Assembly: GCA_964512185.1 (NCBI GenBank)
Contig: CAZEJJ010000010.1
Coordinates: forward strand, 291 to 64,290
Origin: an uncultured Enterobacterales bacterium
Lineage (GTDB): Bacteria > Myxococcota_A > UBA796 > JAFGLY01
Length of the DNA stretch: 64,000 bases
Direction of reading: 5' to 3'
Shown in pieces: positions 8,839 to 20,434 of this stretch (positions are counted from its first letter, which is position 1; each line of letters opens with the position of its first letter). The position numbers were made by a program, and so were the translations under genes. The notes beneath the pieces are model-generated. The model was not told the DNA's origin, did not search any database, and saw nothing but the letters and a program-made list of their open reading frames with translations.

Positions 8839-9677
8839 GCCGCTCCGTACACACGCTGGTCATCACCGGCTTCGGCATCAACTGCGAAGAGGAGCTGGCG
8901 GCGGCCTGGCAGCTGGCCGGCGCCGCGGCCCGCATCGCACACCTCAACGAGGTGCTCAGCGGCGCCGTGTCCATCCACGACTTCCAGGTCATCAGCCTGC
9001 CCGGCGGCTTCTCGTTTGGCGACGACCTGGGCTCGGGCAAGGTGCTGGCCAACAAGATCCGCTTCGCTCGCCTGCCCTCCGGGCGCACCCTGCTGGCCGA
9101 GATCCGCGTCTTCCTCCAGGGCGGCGGCTTCATCATCGGCATCTGCAACGGCTTCCAGGCGCTGGTCAAGATGGGCCTGCTGCCCGATGTGGGCGGCGAG
9201 CAACGCCAAGAGGTCTCCCTCACCACCAACAAGTCGGGCCTCTTCGAGGACCGCTGGGTGCACTGCAAGGTGCGCCCCGACACCCACACGGTCTTCTTGA
9301 AGGGCATCGACATCATCGCCCTGCCGGTGCGCCACGGCGAGGGCCGCCTGCTCATGCCCGACCCCCAGCTGCGCGAGCACATCCGCAGCCAGCATCTGGA
9401 CTGCATGGCCTACTGCACCCCCGACGGCGAGCCCACCAGCGACTACCCGGCCAACCCCAACGGCGCCGACCTGGACTGCGCGGCCTTGATCGATCGCAGC
9501 GGCCAGGTGCTGGGCATGATGCCCCACCCCGAGGCCTTCCTCTCCCTCTACAACCATCCCGACTGGCCTTCCATGCTGCGCGCCGATCCCGCGCGCTGCG
9601 AAAAAGGTGCTGGGCTGCGCATCTTCGAGAACCTGGTGCAGCACCTGCAGGGCCAGCCCTCCGAGGAGCAGGCATGA
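8835..9677 (+). CDS. purQ: FGAM synthase glutamine amidotransferase subunit
   Basis: MSRSVHTLVITGFGINCE start; nucleophile elbow ICNGFQALVKMGLLP; MMPHPE; 4-nt overlaps at both ends. Confidence 0.9.
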   Translation: MSRSVHTLVITGFGINCEEELAAAWQLAGAAARIAHLNEVLSGAVSIHDFQVISLPGGFSFGDDLGSGKVLANKIRFARLPSGRTLLAEIRVFLQGGGFIIGICNGFQALVKMGLLPDVGGEQRQEVSLTTNKSGLFEDRWVHCKVRPDTHTVFLKGIDIIALPVRHGEGRLLMPDPQLREHIRSQHLDCMAYCTPDGEPTSDYPANPNGADLDCAALIDRSGQVLGMMPHPEAFLSLYNHPDWPSMLRADPARCEKGAGLRIFENLVQHLQGQPSEEQA

Positions 9678-11287
9678 ACATCCCCATCCGACGCGCGCTG
9701 CTGTCGGTGTCCGACAAGACGGGCATCACGGACCTCGCCCGGGCGCTGCACGGCCTCGGCGTGGAGATCATCTCCACCGGCGGCACCGCCGCGGCGCTGC
9801 GCGAAGCCGGGCTGCCGGTCACCGACATCCAGCAGGTGAGCGGCAACCCCGAGGCCTTCGGTGGCCGCATGAAGACCATCAGCTTCGCGGTGGAGTCGGC
9901 GCTGCTGTTCCATCGCGAGCGCGACGCCGCCGAAGCCGCCAGCCTGGGCATCGAGCCCATCGACCTGGTGGCCTGCAACCTCTACCCCTTCCAGCAGGCC
10001 TGGCAGGCGGGGGCCGAGCTGCCCGAGCTCTGTGAACAGATCGACATCGGCGGCCCCACCATGCTGCGCGCGGCCGCCAAGAACGCCGCCTTCGTGGCCG
10101 CGCTGTGCGACCCCACCCACTACGGCGCGGTCATCGCGGAGCTGCAGGCCAACCAGGGCGGCCTGTCGCTGGCCACCCGCCAGCTGCTGGCGCGCCAGGT
10201 GTTCAACCACAGCGCCGACTACGACGCCGCCATCGCCCAGGCGCTGGACCAGGCGGGCGGCGAACGCAGCCTGCGCCTCGCCTACCACCAGCCCACCCCG
10301 CTGCGCTACGGCGAGAACAGCCACCAGCAGGCCTCGTTCCTGCGCCAGCGCGACGCCGAGCATTCCCTGCACGACGCCGAGATCCTGGGCGGCAAGGCGC
10401 TGTCCTACAACAACATCGTCGATCTCGACGCGGCGCTGCAGGCCGCGCTGGGGCTGGGCCCCGGGGGCTGCGCCATCATCAAGCACACCAACCCCTGCGG
10501 CCTGGCCCAGGGTGCCGAGCAGGCCTCGGTGTTCGCGGCGGCCTGGGCGGGCGATCCCCTCTCCTCCTTCGGCTCGGTCATCGCCTTCAACGCGCCCCTG
10601 CAGCTCGAAGCCGCGCGCTTCCTGAACCTGCACGCCGACAAGATCCGCCAGCGCCGCTTCGTCGAGGTGGTGGCCGCCCCCGCCTTCGAGGACGGCGTGG
10701 TGGAGTACCTGCAGCGCAACAGGAACCTGCGCATCCTGCGCTACCTGCCCGAGCAGGTGGCCCAGGCCCGCCAGCTGCGGCACGTCCCCGGCGGGCTGCT
10801 GCTGCAGGACTGCGACGACCAGGCTCTGGGCGAGCTGCGGCAGGTCACCCAGCTGCAGCTGGAGCCGCTCGACCACCAGCTCCTGGGCTTCGGCGCGGCG
10901 GCGGTCCGCCAGGTCAAGTCCAACGCCATCGTGGTGGTGAGGCGCCGAGACGACGGCGTGCTGCAGCTGCTGGGCATGGGCGCCGGCCAGCCCAACCGGG
11001 TCAACAGCACCCGCCTGTCCATCGAGCGGGCCCGGCTCAACCTCGAGCTCGAAGCCAAGCTGCTGGAGCTGGATCCTGTCCAGCACATCCAGCGGGAGCT
11101 GGGCCGCGCCTACCTGGTCTCCGACGCCTTCTTCCCCTTCCCCGACAACGTGGAGGTGGCCGCCGAAGCCGGCCTCCGCCACCTGTTCCAGCCCGGTGGC
11201 TCCATCCGCGACAAGGCGGTCACGCGCCGCTGCGACGAGCTGGGGCTGTCCATGACCTTCACCGGCCTGCGCCACTTCAAGCACTAG
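9674..11287 (+). CDS. purH: Bifunctional AICAR transformylase / IMP cyclohydrolase
   Basis: RALLSVSDKTGI, ISTGGTA, IKHTNPCG, ends GLRHFKH; in frame in ORF 8339-11287. Confidence 0.93.
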   Translation: MNIPIRRALLSVSDKTGITDLARALHGLGVEIISTGGTAAALREAGLPVTDIQQVSGNPEAFGGRMKTISFAVESALLFHRERDAAEAASLGIEPIDLVACNLYPFQQAWQAGAELPELCEQIDIGGPTMLRAAAKNAAFVAALCDPTHYGAVIAELQANQGGLSLATRQLLARQVFNHSADYDAAIAQALDQAGGERSLRLAYHQPTPLRYGENSHQQASFLRQRDAEHSLHDAEILGGKALSYNNIVDLDAALQAALGLGPGGCAIIKHTNPCGLAQGAEQASVFAAAWAGDPLSSFGSVIAFNAPLQLEAARFLNLHADKIRQRRFVEVVAAPAFEDGVVEYLQRNRNLRILRYLPEQVAQARQLRHVPGGLLLQDCDDQALGELRQVTQLQLEPLDHQLLGFGAAAVRQVKSNAIVVVRRRDDGVLQLLGMGAGQPNRVNSTRLSIERARLNLELEAKLLELDPVQHIQRELGRAYLVSDAFFPFPDNVEVAAEAGLRHLFQPGGSIRDKAVTRRCDELGLSMTFTGLRHFKH

Positions 11288-11296
11288 GACACAGCG

Positions 11297-12682
11297 ATGA
11301 GCACCCTCACCGACTTCACCATCGGACAGCTTCCCTACCTGCACCAGGGCAAGGTGCGCGAGATCTACCGGGCGGCCCCGGGTCAGCTCCTGATCGTGGC
11401 CACCGACCGCCTCTCGGCCTTCGACTCGGTGCTCGACAGCCCCATCCCCGGCAAGGGCTCCGTGCTCTCCTCCCTGGCCGCCTGGTGGTTCGAGCAGACC
11501 GCGGATCTAGTGCCCAACCACCTGCTCCGGGTGGTGGATCCCAACGCCTGCCTGGTCAAGGAGTGCCAGCCCATCCTCATCGAGGTGGTGGTGCGCGGCT
11601 ACCTCTGCGGCTCCATGTGGCGCCGCTACCGGGCCGGCGAACGCAGCTTCGAGGGCAACGTGCTGCCCGATGGGCTCACCGAGAACGCCCGGCTGCCGCA
11701 CCCCATCGTCACCCCCACCACCAAAGAAAAGTCCGACCGGCCCATCACGCCCGCGGCCATCGTGGCCGAGGGCTGGACCACCCAGGAGCGCTGGGCCCGC
11801 ATGCAGCGGCTGGGCCTGCAGCTGTTCGACCGCGGCACCCGTCTGCTGGCCGAGCAGGGCATCATCCTGGTGGACACCAAGTACGAGTTCGGCCTGCTCG
11901 ACGGCGAGATCATCCTCATCGACGAGATCCACACCCCCGACTCCTCGCGCTTCTGGCCGGCGGAGTCCTGGGCGCGGGACCCCGCCAGCGCTGTACAGCT
12001 GGACAAGGAGTTCGTGCGCAAGTGGCTCATGGCCCACAAGCTGGGCGGCGTGGTGCCCAGCTCGCTGCCGGCGGACGTGGTGGGCGAGACCACCCAGCGC
12101 TACCGCGACATCTTCCAGCGCATCACGGGCCAGCCCGCCCCCGGGCTGAGCGCCGATCCTCTCGGTCGCCTCTACGACAACCTCGTGGCCAACCAGGTCA
12201 TCCGCGAGGGCTACGTGGTGCTGATCATGGGCTCCCCGGTGGACGAGCCCCACTGCCTGCGCATCAAGGAGCTGGTGGAGGCCTACGACATGGGCTGCCA
12301 CATGCGGGTGGTCTCCGCCCACAAGAACGGCGAGCGCATCTTCGACATGGCCCACTTCTACAACCGCTCCATCGAGCCCGGCTCGGTGGTGGCGGTGGCC
12401 GGGCTGTCCAACGGCCTGGGCGGCGCCCTGGCGGCCAACTTCGCGCTGCCGGTCACCAACTCGCCCCCCTTCGCCGACAAGCTGGATCTGCTCATCAACA
12501 TCAACTCCTCGTTGATGCTGCCCAGCAAGACCCCGGCCGGCACAGTGGTGCGCCCCGAGTCGGCCGCCATGCTCTCGCTGCGCAACCTGAACCTGCCGTC
12601 GCTTCGGCGCCGGTTCCGCGCCGAGATCGCCTCCTTGAAGGCCGATCTCATCGAAAAGGACGCGCTCTTCCGGGAGAAGTAG
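11297..12682 (+). CDS. purC: SAICAR synthase fused to a class II PurE-like AIR carboxylase domain (PAICS-like)
   Basis: N-terminal GKVREIY...ATDRLSAFD, VDTKYEFG (PurC); C-terminal from about nt 12190: VVLIMGSPVDEPHC, VVSAHKNGE, AVAGLSNGLGG, LPS (PurE fold, SAHK type). Confidence 0.85.
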   Translation: MSTLTDFTIGQLPYLHQGKVREIYRAAPGQLLIVATDRLSAFDSVLDSPIPGKGSVLSSLAAWWFEQTADLVPNHLLRVVDPNACLVKECQPILIEVVVRGYLCGSMWRRYRAGERSFEGNVLPDGLTENARLPHPIVTPTTKEKSDRPITPAAIVAEGWTTQERWARMQRLGLQLFDRGTRLLAEQGIILVDTKYEFGLLDGEIILIDEIHTPDSSRFWPAESWARDPASAVQLDKEFVRKWLMAHKLGGVVPSSLPADVVGETTQRYRDIFQRITGQPAPGLSADPLGRLYDNLVANQVIREGYVVLIMGSPVDEPHCLRIKELVEAYDMGCHMRVVSAHKNGERIFDMAHFYNRSIEPGSVVAVAGLSNGLGGALAANFALPVTNSPPFADKLDLLININSSLMLPSKTPAGTVVRPESAAMLSLRNLNLPSLRRRFRAEIASLKADLIEKDALFREK

Positions 12683-12683
12683 C

Positions 12684-14051
12684 ATGCACGACAGCGCCCT
12701 CTCGCCCCTCGATGGCCGCTACGCCCAGCGGCTGGAGCCCCTGCGCAGCTTCTTCTCGGAGCGCGCCCTGGTCACCGCCCGCTGCCGGGTGGAGCTGTGC
12801 TGGGTGCAGGCGCTGTGCCAGCCGGGGCTGTTCCCGGAGCTGGACGAGGACGAAGCCCAGCGCGTACAGGGTTGCCTGGCGGATCCCCTGGGCGAGAGCG
12901 GCTGGCGACGCGTCAAGGAGATCGAGGCCCGCACCCGGCACGACGTCAAGGCGGTGGAGATCTACCTGCGAGAGCGGCTGCAGCTGGGCCACGCTCAGGT
13001 GATCCACTTCGGGCTCACCTCCGAAGACGTCAACAACCTGGCCTGGTCCACCCTGTTCCAGGCCTACCGCGACCAGCAGCAGCTGCCCCAGCTGGCCGGT
13101 CTGATCCGGCAGCTCTGCGAGCAGGCCAGGGGCTGGCGCGCGGCGGCCTTCCCCGCCCACACCCACGGCCAGCCCGCCTCGCCCACCACCGCCGGGAAAG
13201 AGCTCGCGGTGTTCGCCCATCGCCTGCTGCGGCTGTACAGCGAGCTGCGCGCCCTGCCCTTCCGCGGCAAGCTGGGGGGCGCCACGGGCAACCACAGCGC
13301 CCTGCTGGCGGCCTTTCCGCAGCACGACTGGCCCGCCGTCAGCGCCGACTTCGTCAGCTCGCTGGGCCTGCAGCCCAACGCCATCACCACGCAGGTAGAG
13401 GACCACGACTCCTGGGTGGCCTGGTTCGACTGCACCCGGCGCGTCAACAGCGCGGTGCTGGACCTGGATCGCGACGCCTGGGCCTACATCTCGCGCGGGC
13501 TGTTCAAGCAGCGCAAGGCCCCGGGCCAGGTGGGCAGCTCCACCATGCCCCACAAGGTCAACCCCATCAATTTCGAGAACAGCGAAGGCAACCTGGAGAT
13601 CTCCTGCGCCCTGCTGGCCTTCCTGGGCAGCAAGCTGGGCCACTCGCGCATGCAGCGCGACCTGTCCGACAGCACCGTGCAGCGCAACGTGGGGGTGGCG
13701 ATGGGCCACGCCTGGCTGGCACTGCAAGAGACCGGGCGTGGGCTGGGCAAGCTCGATCTGGACGCGGCTCGCTGCCGCGCCCTGCTGGCGGGCCTGCCCG
13801 AGCTGCTGGCGGAACCCCTCCAGACCGTGCTGCGGCTCGAGGGTATCGAAGACCCCTACGAGCTGCTGCGGCGAGCCACGCAGGGCCGCGCCGTCACCCG
13901 CGAGCTGCTGGCGGAGCTGGTGGCCTCGCTGCCCATCCCCCAGGCCACCAAGGAACGTCTTGGGGCCCTCACCGTCGCCGGCTACGTCGGCGTCGCCCCC
14001 CTGCTGGTGGATCGTGTCTTGCGAGAAGCCGAGGAGGTCCTGGCATCATGA
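12684..14051 (+). CDS. purB: Adenylosuccinate lyase
   Basis: SPLDGRY, GSSTMPHKVNPINFENSEGN signature; 1-nt gap after purC-E. Confidence 0.93.
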   Translation: MHDSALSPLDGRYAQRLEPLRSFFSERALVTARCRVELCWVQALCQPGLFPELDEDEAQRVQGCLADPLGESGWRRVKEIEARTRHDVKAVEIYLRERLQLGHAQVIHFGLTSEDVNNLAWSTLFQAYRDQQQLPQLAGLIRQLCEQARGWRAAAFPAHTHGQPASPTTAGKELAVFAHRLLRLYSELRALPFRGKLGGATGNHSALLAAFPQHDWPAVSADFVSSLGLQPNAITTQVEDHDSWVAWFDCTRRVNSAVLDLDRDAWAYISRGLFKQRKAPGQVGSSTMPHKVNPINFENSEGNLEISCALLAFLGSKLGHSRMQRDLSDSTVQRNVGVAMGHAWLALQETGRGLGKLDLDAARCRALLAGLPELLAEPLQTVLRLEGIEDPYELLRRATQGRAVTRELLAELVASLPIPQATKERLGALTVAGYVGVAPLLVDRVLREAEEVLAS

Positions 14052-14365
14052 GCAACGTCGCAGTGATCGGTTCGGGTGGCCGTGAGCACGCCCTGGCCTG
14101 GAAGCTCTCGCAACACATGGATCCTTCCAGGGTGCTGGTGCTGCCCGGCAACGGGGGCACGAGCGACAACCTGGCCGTGGATCCCATGGACTTCGCCGCG
14201 GTGGAGGCCGCCTGCCGCCAGCACCAGGTGGGGCTGCTGGTGGTGGGTCCCGAGGCCCCGCTGGCGGCCGGCATCGCCGATCACTTCGCGGGCTGGGGCG
14301 TCATGGTCTTGGGGCGGGGGGGCTCCGGGGCGGGGCTCGTGGGCTCCAAGATCTGGTCAAAGTAA
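14048..14365 (+). pseudogene. purD: N-terminal domain of GAR synthetase, closed by in-frame TAA at 14363-14365
   Basis: MSNVAVIGSGGREHALAWKL...VVGPEAPLAAGIAD...GSKIWSK then TAA; ATGA overlap with purB stop. Confidence 0.75.
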
Positions 14366-14368
14366 TTC

Positions 14369-15298
14369 ATGGCCCGCCAGGGGGTGGCCACGGCGGAGTT
14401 CCAGGTGTTCCAGCGGCCCTCCGATGCGCGCGCCTACGTGGAGCGGCTGGGGGACGACCTGGTCATCAAGTACGACGGTCTCGCCGCTGGAAAGGGAGTG
14501 TTCGTCTGCACCAGCGTGCCCCAGGCCCAGGCCGCCCTCGACACCCTGGAGCAGCGCTACGGCGCCGACGCCGCCTGCCTGGTGGAGCAGCGGCTGCTGG
14601 GCGACGAGATCTCCATCCTGGGCCTCACCGACGGCCAGACCATCCGCCTGCTGCAGCCTTCCCAGGACCACAAGCAGCTGCTGGAAGGCGACCGGGGCCC
14701 CAACACCGGCGGCATGGGCGCCTTCTGCCCGGTGCCCGCCTTCACCCCGGCCATGCTGGCGGCGGTGCGGCAACAGATCGAGGCCCCCACCCTGGCGGGG
14801 CTGCGCGCCGAAGGCATCGACTACTGCGGAGTCATCTACTTCGGCATCATGATGACCGCCCAGGGCCCCCAGCTGCTGGAGTACAACGTGCGGCTGGGCG
14901 ATCCCGAGACCGAGGTGCTGCTACCAGCCCTGCGGTCCGATCTGCGCGAGCTGCTCGAAGCCTGCGCCGACGGCGAGCTGCACCGGGTGCAGCCGGTGTT
15001 CAACCCGGGCTTCTTCGTGGACGTGGTGTTGGCCTCGGGCGGTTACCCGGGCAGCTACCCCAAGGGCCTGGAGATCACCGGAGTGGAACAGGCCGCCGAA
15101 CAGGCCCTGGTCTTCCATGCCGGTACGCGCCGTGATGGCGATCGCCTGCTCACCTCGGGTGGCCGCGTGCTCAACGTGGTGGCCCAGGGCCCTGACCTCG
15201 AGAGCGCCATCCAGGGCGCCTACGCCGCCGCCGAGCAGATCAACTTCCAGGGCAGGACCCTGCGCGCCGACATCGGCCGCAGGAGCTGGTGCACATGA
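14369..15298 (+). CDS. purD: GAR synthetase, ATP-grasp and C-terminal domains (continuation of purD, same frame)
   Basis: ATG 3 nt after the TAA; MARQGVATAEF..., IKYDGLAAGKGV, GPNTGGMGAF, EYNVRLGDPE. Confidence 0.88.
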   Translation: MARQGVATAEFQVFQRPSDARAYVERLGDDLVIKYDGLAAGKGVFVCTSVPQAQAALDTLEQRYGADAACLVEQRLLGDEISILGLTDGQTIRLLQPSQDHKQLLEGDRGPNTGGMGAFCPVPAFTPAMLAAVRQQIEAPTLAGLRAEGIDYCGVIYFGIMMTAQGPQLLEYNVRLGDPETEVLLPALRSDLRELLEACADGELHRVQPVFNPGFFVDVVLASGGYPGSYPKGLEITGVEQAAEQALVFHAGTRRDGDRLLTSGGRVLNVVAQGPDLESAIQGAYAAAEQINFQGRTLRADIGRRSWCT

Positions 15299-15903
15299 TC
15301 ACCTCCGCCAAGCAGCGCATGGCCATCCTGCTGTCGGGCCGCGGCAGCAACATGGTGGCGCTGGTGCGCGAGGCCCAGCAGGGCATCCTGCAGGGCTGCT
15401 GCGATCCGGTGCTGGTCTTCTCCAACGTGCCCGACGCTCCGGGCCTGGCCAAGGCCGCCGCGCTGGGCCTCCCCACCCGCAGCGCCCCTTCCCGCGGCAA
15501 GCGCCGCTCGGTCTTCGACCGCGAGCTGCTCCAGCTGGTGGAACCCTTCGAACCCGACTGGCTCGTGCTGGCCGGCTACATGCGCATCCTCACGCCCCAG
15601 GTGGTGCGGCGCTTCCGCGACCGCATCGTCAACATCCACCCCGCCGATACCCGCCAGCACCAGGGGCTGGGCGGCTACGACTGGGCCTGGGACAATCGGC
15701 TGGAGTCCACCATGATCACCGTACACGTGGTGGACGAGGGCCTCGACACGGGCCCGGTGCTGGCCCAGCGCGAGGTTGATCTGCGCGGCGCGGCCAGCCT
15801 GCACGAAGTAGAGCAGCGGGGTCTCGCCGTCGAACACGGCTTCTACGCGCAGGTGCTGCGCGATCTCTTCAGCGGGCGCATCAGCTGCCCACCGGAGGCC
15901 TAG
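15295..15903 (+). CDS. purN: Phosphoribosylglycinamide formyltransferase
   Basis: ILLSGRGSNM, VLAGYMRIL, NIHPAD; ATG 15295 forms ATGA overlap with purD stop (alternative GTG 15289). Confidence 0.88.
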   Translation: MITSAKQRMAILLSGRGSNMVALVREAQQGILQGCCDPVLVFSNVPDAPGLAKAAALGLPTRSAPSRGKRRSVFDRELLQLVEPFEPDWLVLAGYMRILTPQVVRRFRDRIVNIHPADTRQHQGLGGYDWAWDNRLESTMITVHVVDEGLDTGPVLAQREVDLRGAASLHEVEQRGLAVEHGFYAQVLRDLFSGRISCPPEA

Positions 15904-15906
15904 CCC

Positions 15907-17321
<1,415 letters not shown>

Positions 17322-17340
<19 letters not shown>

Positions 17341-19136
17341 ATACCGTCGTCATCCTCGACTACGGCGGGCAGTACACGCACCTCATCGCCAAGGCCGTGC
17401 GCGGCCTGGGTGTGTACAGCCGCATCGAGCAGCCCGAGACCTTCCGGCCCGAACGCGAGCCGCACCTGGTGGGCCTGGTGCTCTCCGGCGGCCCCAGCTC
17501 GGTGTACGAGCCCGACGCCCCGGGCCTGCACTTCGATCCCCGCGAGGTCCCGGTGCCCATCCTGGGGCTCTGCTATGGCCACCAGCTGCTGGCCCAGGCC
17601 GTCGGCGGCGAGGTGCACGGCGAAGGTGAAGGCGAGTACGGTCTGGCCGAGGCCGACTGCAGCGCCGAAGCGGCACTGTTCCAGGGCCTCGACGCTGTGC
17701 AGCCGGTGTGGATGAGCCACCGCGACGCGGTGGTGCGCCTGCCCGCCGGCTACCGGGTCACCGCCTCCTCCATCGACCTGCCCATCGCCGCCTTCGAGTC
17801 CCCCGACCAGCGCATCTTCGGGCTGCAGTTCCACCCCGAGGTGAGCCACACGCGAGCTGGTCCCGCCATCCTCGATCGTTTCCTCTCGCGCTGCACCGAG
17901 CGCCGTGACTGGGATCCCGGCAGCTACGCCGATCTGTTGGCGGAGCAGCTCAGGCGCCAGGTGGGCCAGCGGCAGATCTTCCTGCTGGTCTCCGGCGGGG
18001 TGGACTCCCTGGTCACCCTGGCGCTGCTCATCCGGGCCCTGGGCCCCGACCGCGTGCACTCCCTGCACGTGGACACAGGCTTCATGCGCCTGGGCGAGTC
18101 CAGCGCCATCATGGACTTCCTGGCGGGCCTGGGCTTCGGCAACCTGCACCTGGCCCAGGCCGAGCAGCGCTACCTGCGCGCGCTGGCCGGGGTGGTGGAC
18201 CCGGAAGAGAAGCGCGCCATCATCGGGCGCCTGTTCATCGACGTGGTGGACGACGAGGTGCTGCAGCTCGACCTGGGTCCCGACTGGCTGCTGGCCCAGG
18301 GCACCATCTACCCCGACAGCATCGAGTCCGGCGCCACCGCCAAGGCCGAGGTCATCAAGACCCACCACAACCGGGTGCCCGAGATCCAGCGCCTCATCGC
18401 CGCCGGCCGGGTGGTGGAGCCCCTGCTGGATCTCTACAAGCACGAGGTGCGCGATCTGGGCCGCCAGCTGGGCCTGCCAGCCCACCTGGTGGATCGCCAC
18501 CCCTTCCCCGGTCCGGCGCTGGCCATCCGCGCCCTGTGCAGCGCCGACCAGCAGCCCCCCGCGGGCTTCGACGCCGAGCAGCCTGTCGCGGCGTCCCTGG
18601 CTGCCGAGCACGGCATGCTGGCCAGCGTGCTGCCGGTGCGCTCGGTGGGCGTGCAGGGCGACTCCCGCACCTACCAGCACCCGGTGGCCCTCTGGAACCC
18701 GCCGGATCGCTCGCTCGACTGGCAGGCGGTGCATCGCTGCGCCAGCGAGGTGGTCAACCGGCTGCGCAGCCTCAACCGCGCCGTCTTCGCCCCGGCGGGG
18801 CTCCACCCGGCCAGCCTGCGGCTGCTGCCCACCACCCTGGACAAGCCCGGCATGGACCTGCTGCGACAGGTTGATCACCTGGCTCACGAGCTCACCGCCC
18901 ACTGCAGCGACATCTGGCAGATGCCGGTGGTCTCCCTGCCCCTGGTGGACTCCCGGGGGCGGCGGGCCTTCGTGCTGCGTCCCGTCACCTCCCGCGACGC
19001 CATGACCGCCGACTTCTTCCGCATGCCTCCCGACCTGTTGGCTCGGCTGATCGGCGCCCTGCAGGCCATCCCCGGGGTAGGCCCCATCCTCTACGACGTC
19101 ACCACCAAGCCCCCGGGGACCATCGAGTGGGAGTAA
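17322..19136 (+). CDS. guaA: GMP synthase (glutamine-hydrolysing), long form with duplicated C-terminal dimerisation-type domain
   Basis: GATase LGLCYGHQLL; PP-loop LLVSGGVDS; HPFPGP; two copies of the LPV(R/V)S..GD.R.. module; ends KPPGTIEWE; 604 aa. Confidence 0.9.
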
Positions 19137-20434
19137 TCCAGCGCATCGTCGACGCCCGCTGGTTGGAGCCCCAGGGCGGCTTCGCGCAGGGCGTGATCCT
19201 CATCCAGGACGGCCGCCTGCGGCTGCGCCCTGGTGTGCAGGATCGCGCCGGGTCGGGCGACATCGGCGCCCAGGGCATGCTGGTGCTGCCCGGGCTGGTG
19301 GATCCCCACGTGCACCTGCGCGAGCCCGGCCAGGCCCGCAAAGAAGGCCTCAAAAACGGCGGCCTGGCGGCCCTGGCGGGGGGCGTGACCACCCTGCTGG
19401 ACATGCCCAACAACAATCCGCCCACCAGCACCGCGGCGCGCCTGGAGGCCAAGCGGGGCCTCTTTCGCCGCAAGAGCCCCGTGAACTGGGGCCTGTTCCT
19501 GCAGGCCACCCCCCGGCACCAGGATCCAAACGTGGCGGCCAGCATCGCGCCGGGCACCAGCGCGCTCAAGATCTACATGGCCCGGTCCTCGGCCCATCCA
19601 GCGGTCAACGATCCTCGCGTGCTGCGGGGCCTGCTTCGTGCCTGGCCGCGGGTGGCGATCCACGCCGAGGACGACAGCGCTTTCAAGGCCGGGCCCTTCG
19701 ACCAGCGCCAGGTCCGCCACCACGTTCACCGCCCACGAGCCTCCATCCAGCTGGCCCTGCACAAGATCGAAGCCGCCCTGCGAGCCCTGCCACCCAACGA
19801 GCGACCCCGGGTGGTCATCCTGCACGCCGCCACCATCCAGGAGGTGCGCTGGCTGGCGCGCATGAAGGCCGAAGGCTTCGACCTGTGGGGCGAGACCTGC
19901 CCCCACTACCTGGTGTTCACGGAGCAGGACCAGGAGCGCCTGGGTGGACTGCTCAAGGTCAACCCGCCCATCCGTGGGCCACAGGACCGCGAGGCCCTGC
20001 GCCGGGCCCTGGCCGACGGCACCATCGACTTCCTGGCCACGGATCACGCCCCGCACGCCCCCACCGAGAAAGCCCAGCTCGCCGACCCCCCCTCGGGGAT
20101 CGCCGCCATCGAGTGGCTCTGGCCCCTGCTGCTGGGTTTCCAGGAGCAGGGCTGGCTGGGCTGGGAGCAGCTCACCCGGGTGGGCTGCGCGGCGGCTTCC
20201 CGCTGCTACCACCTGCCCGGGCGCGGCGGCATCCGCGACGGCGCGGCGGCCGACCTGGTGCTGGTGCGGCGGGTGGAGAAGCCGCTCCCCACCCGGATAC
20301 ACACGCGTGCCGCCGCCCGGCCCTACCCGGCCCTGTCCTGGCGGGTCCAGTCCACCATCGTCAACGGCCTGCTCGCCTACCACGACGGGCACGCCACCGG
20401 CGCCAGAGGCGCCCAGGAGATCTACGCCCCATGA
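19127..20434 (+). CDS. pyrC: Dihydroorotase (amidohydrolase family)
   Basis: GTG start; PGLVDPHVHLREPG, ATDHAPH; position between guaA and pyrE. Confidence 0.8.
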   Translation: MGVIQRIVDARWLEPQGGFAQGVILIQDGRLRLRPGVQDRAGSGDIGAQGMLVLPGLVDPHVHLREPGQARKEGLKNGGLAALAGGVTTLLDMPNNNPPTSTAARLEAKRGLFRRKSPVNWGLFLQATPRHQDPNVAASIAPGTSALKIYMARSSAHPAVNDPRVLRGLLRAWPRVAIHAEDDSAFKAGPFDQRQVRHHVHRPRASIQLALHKIEAALRALPPNERPRVVILHAATIQEVRWLARMKAEGFDLWGETCPHYLVFTEQDQERLGGLLKVNPPIRGPQDREALRRALADGTIDFLATDHAPHAPTEKAQLADPPSGIAAIEWLWPLLLGFQEQGWLGWEQLTRVGCAAASRCYHLPGRGGIRDGAAADLVLVRRVEKPLPTRIHTRAAARPYPALSWRVQSTIVNGLLAYHDGHATGARGAQEIYAP

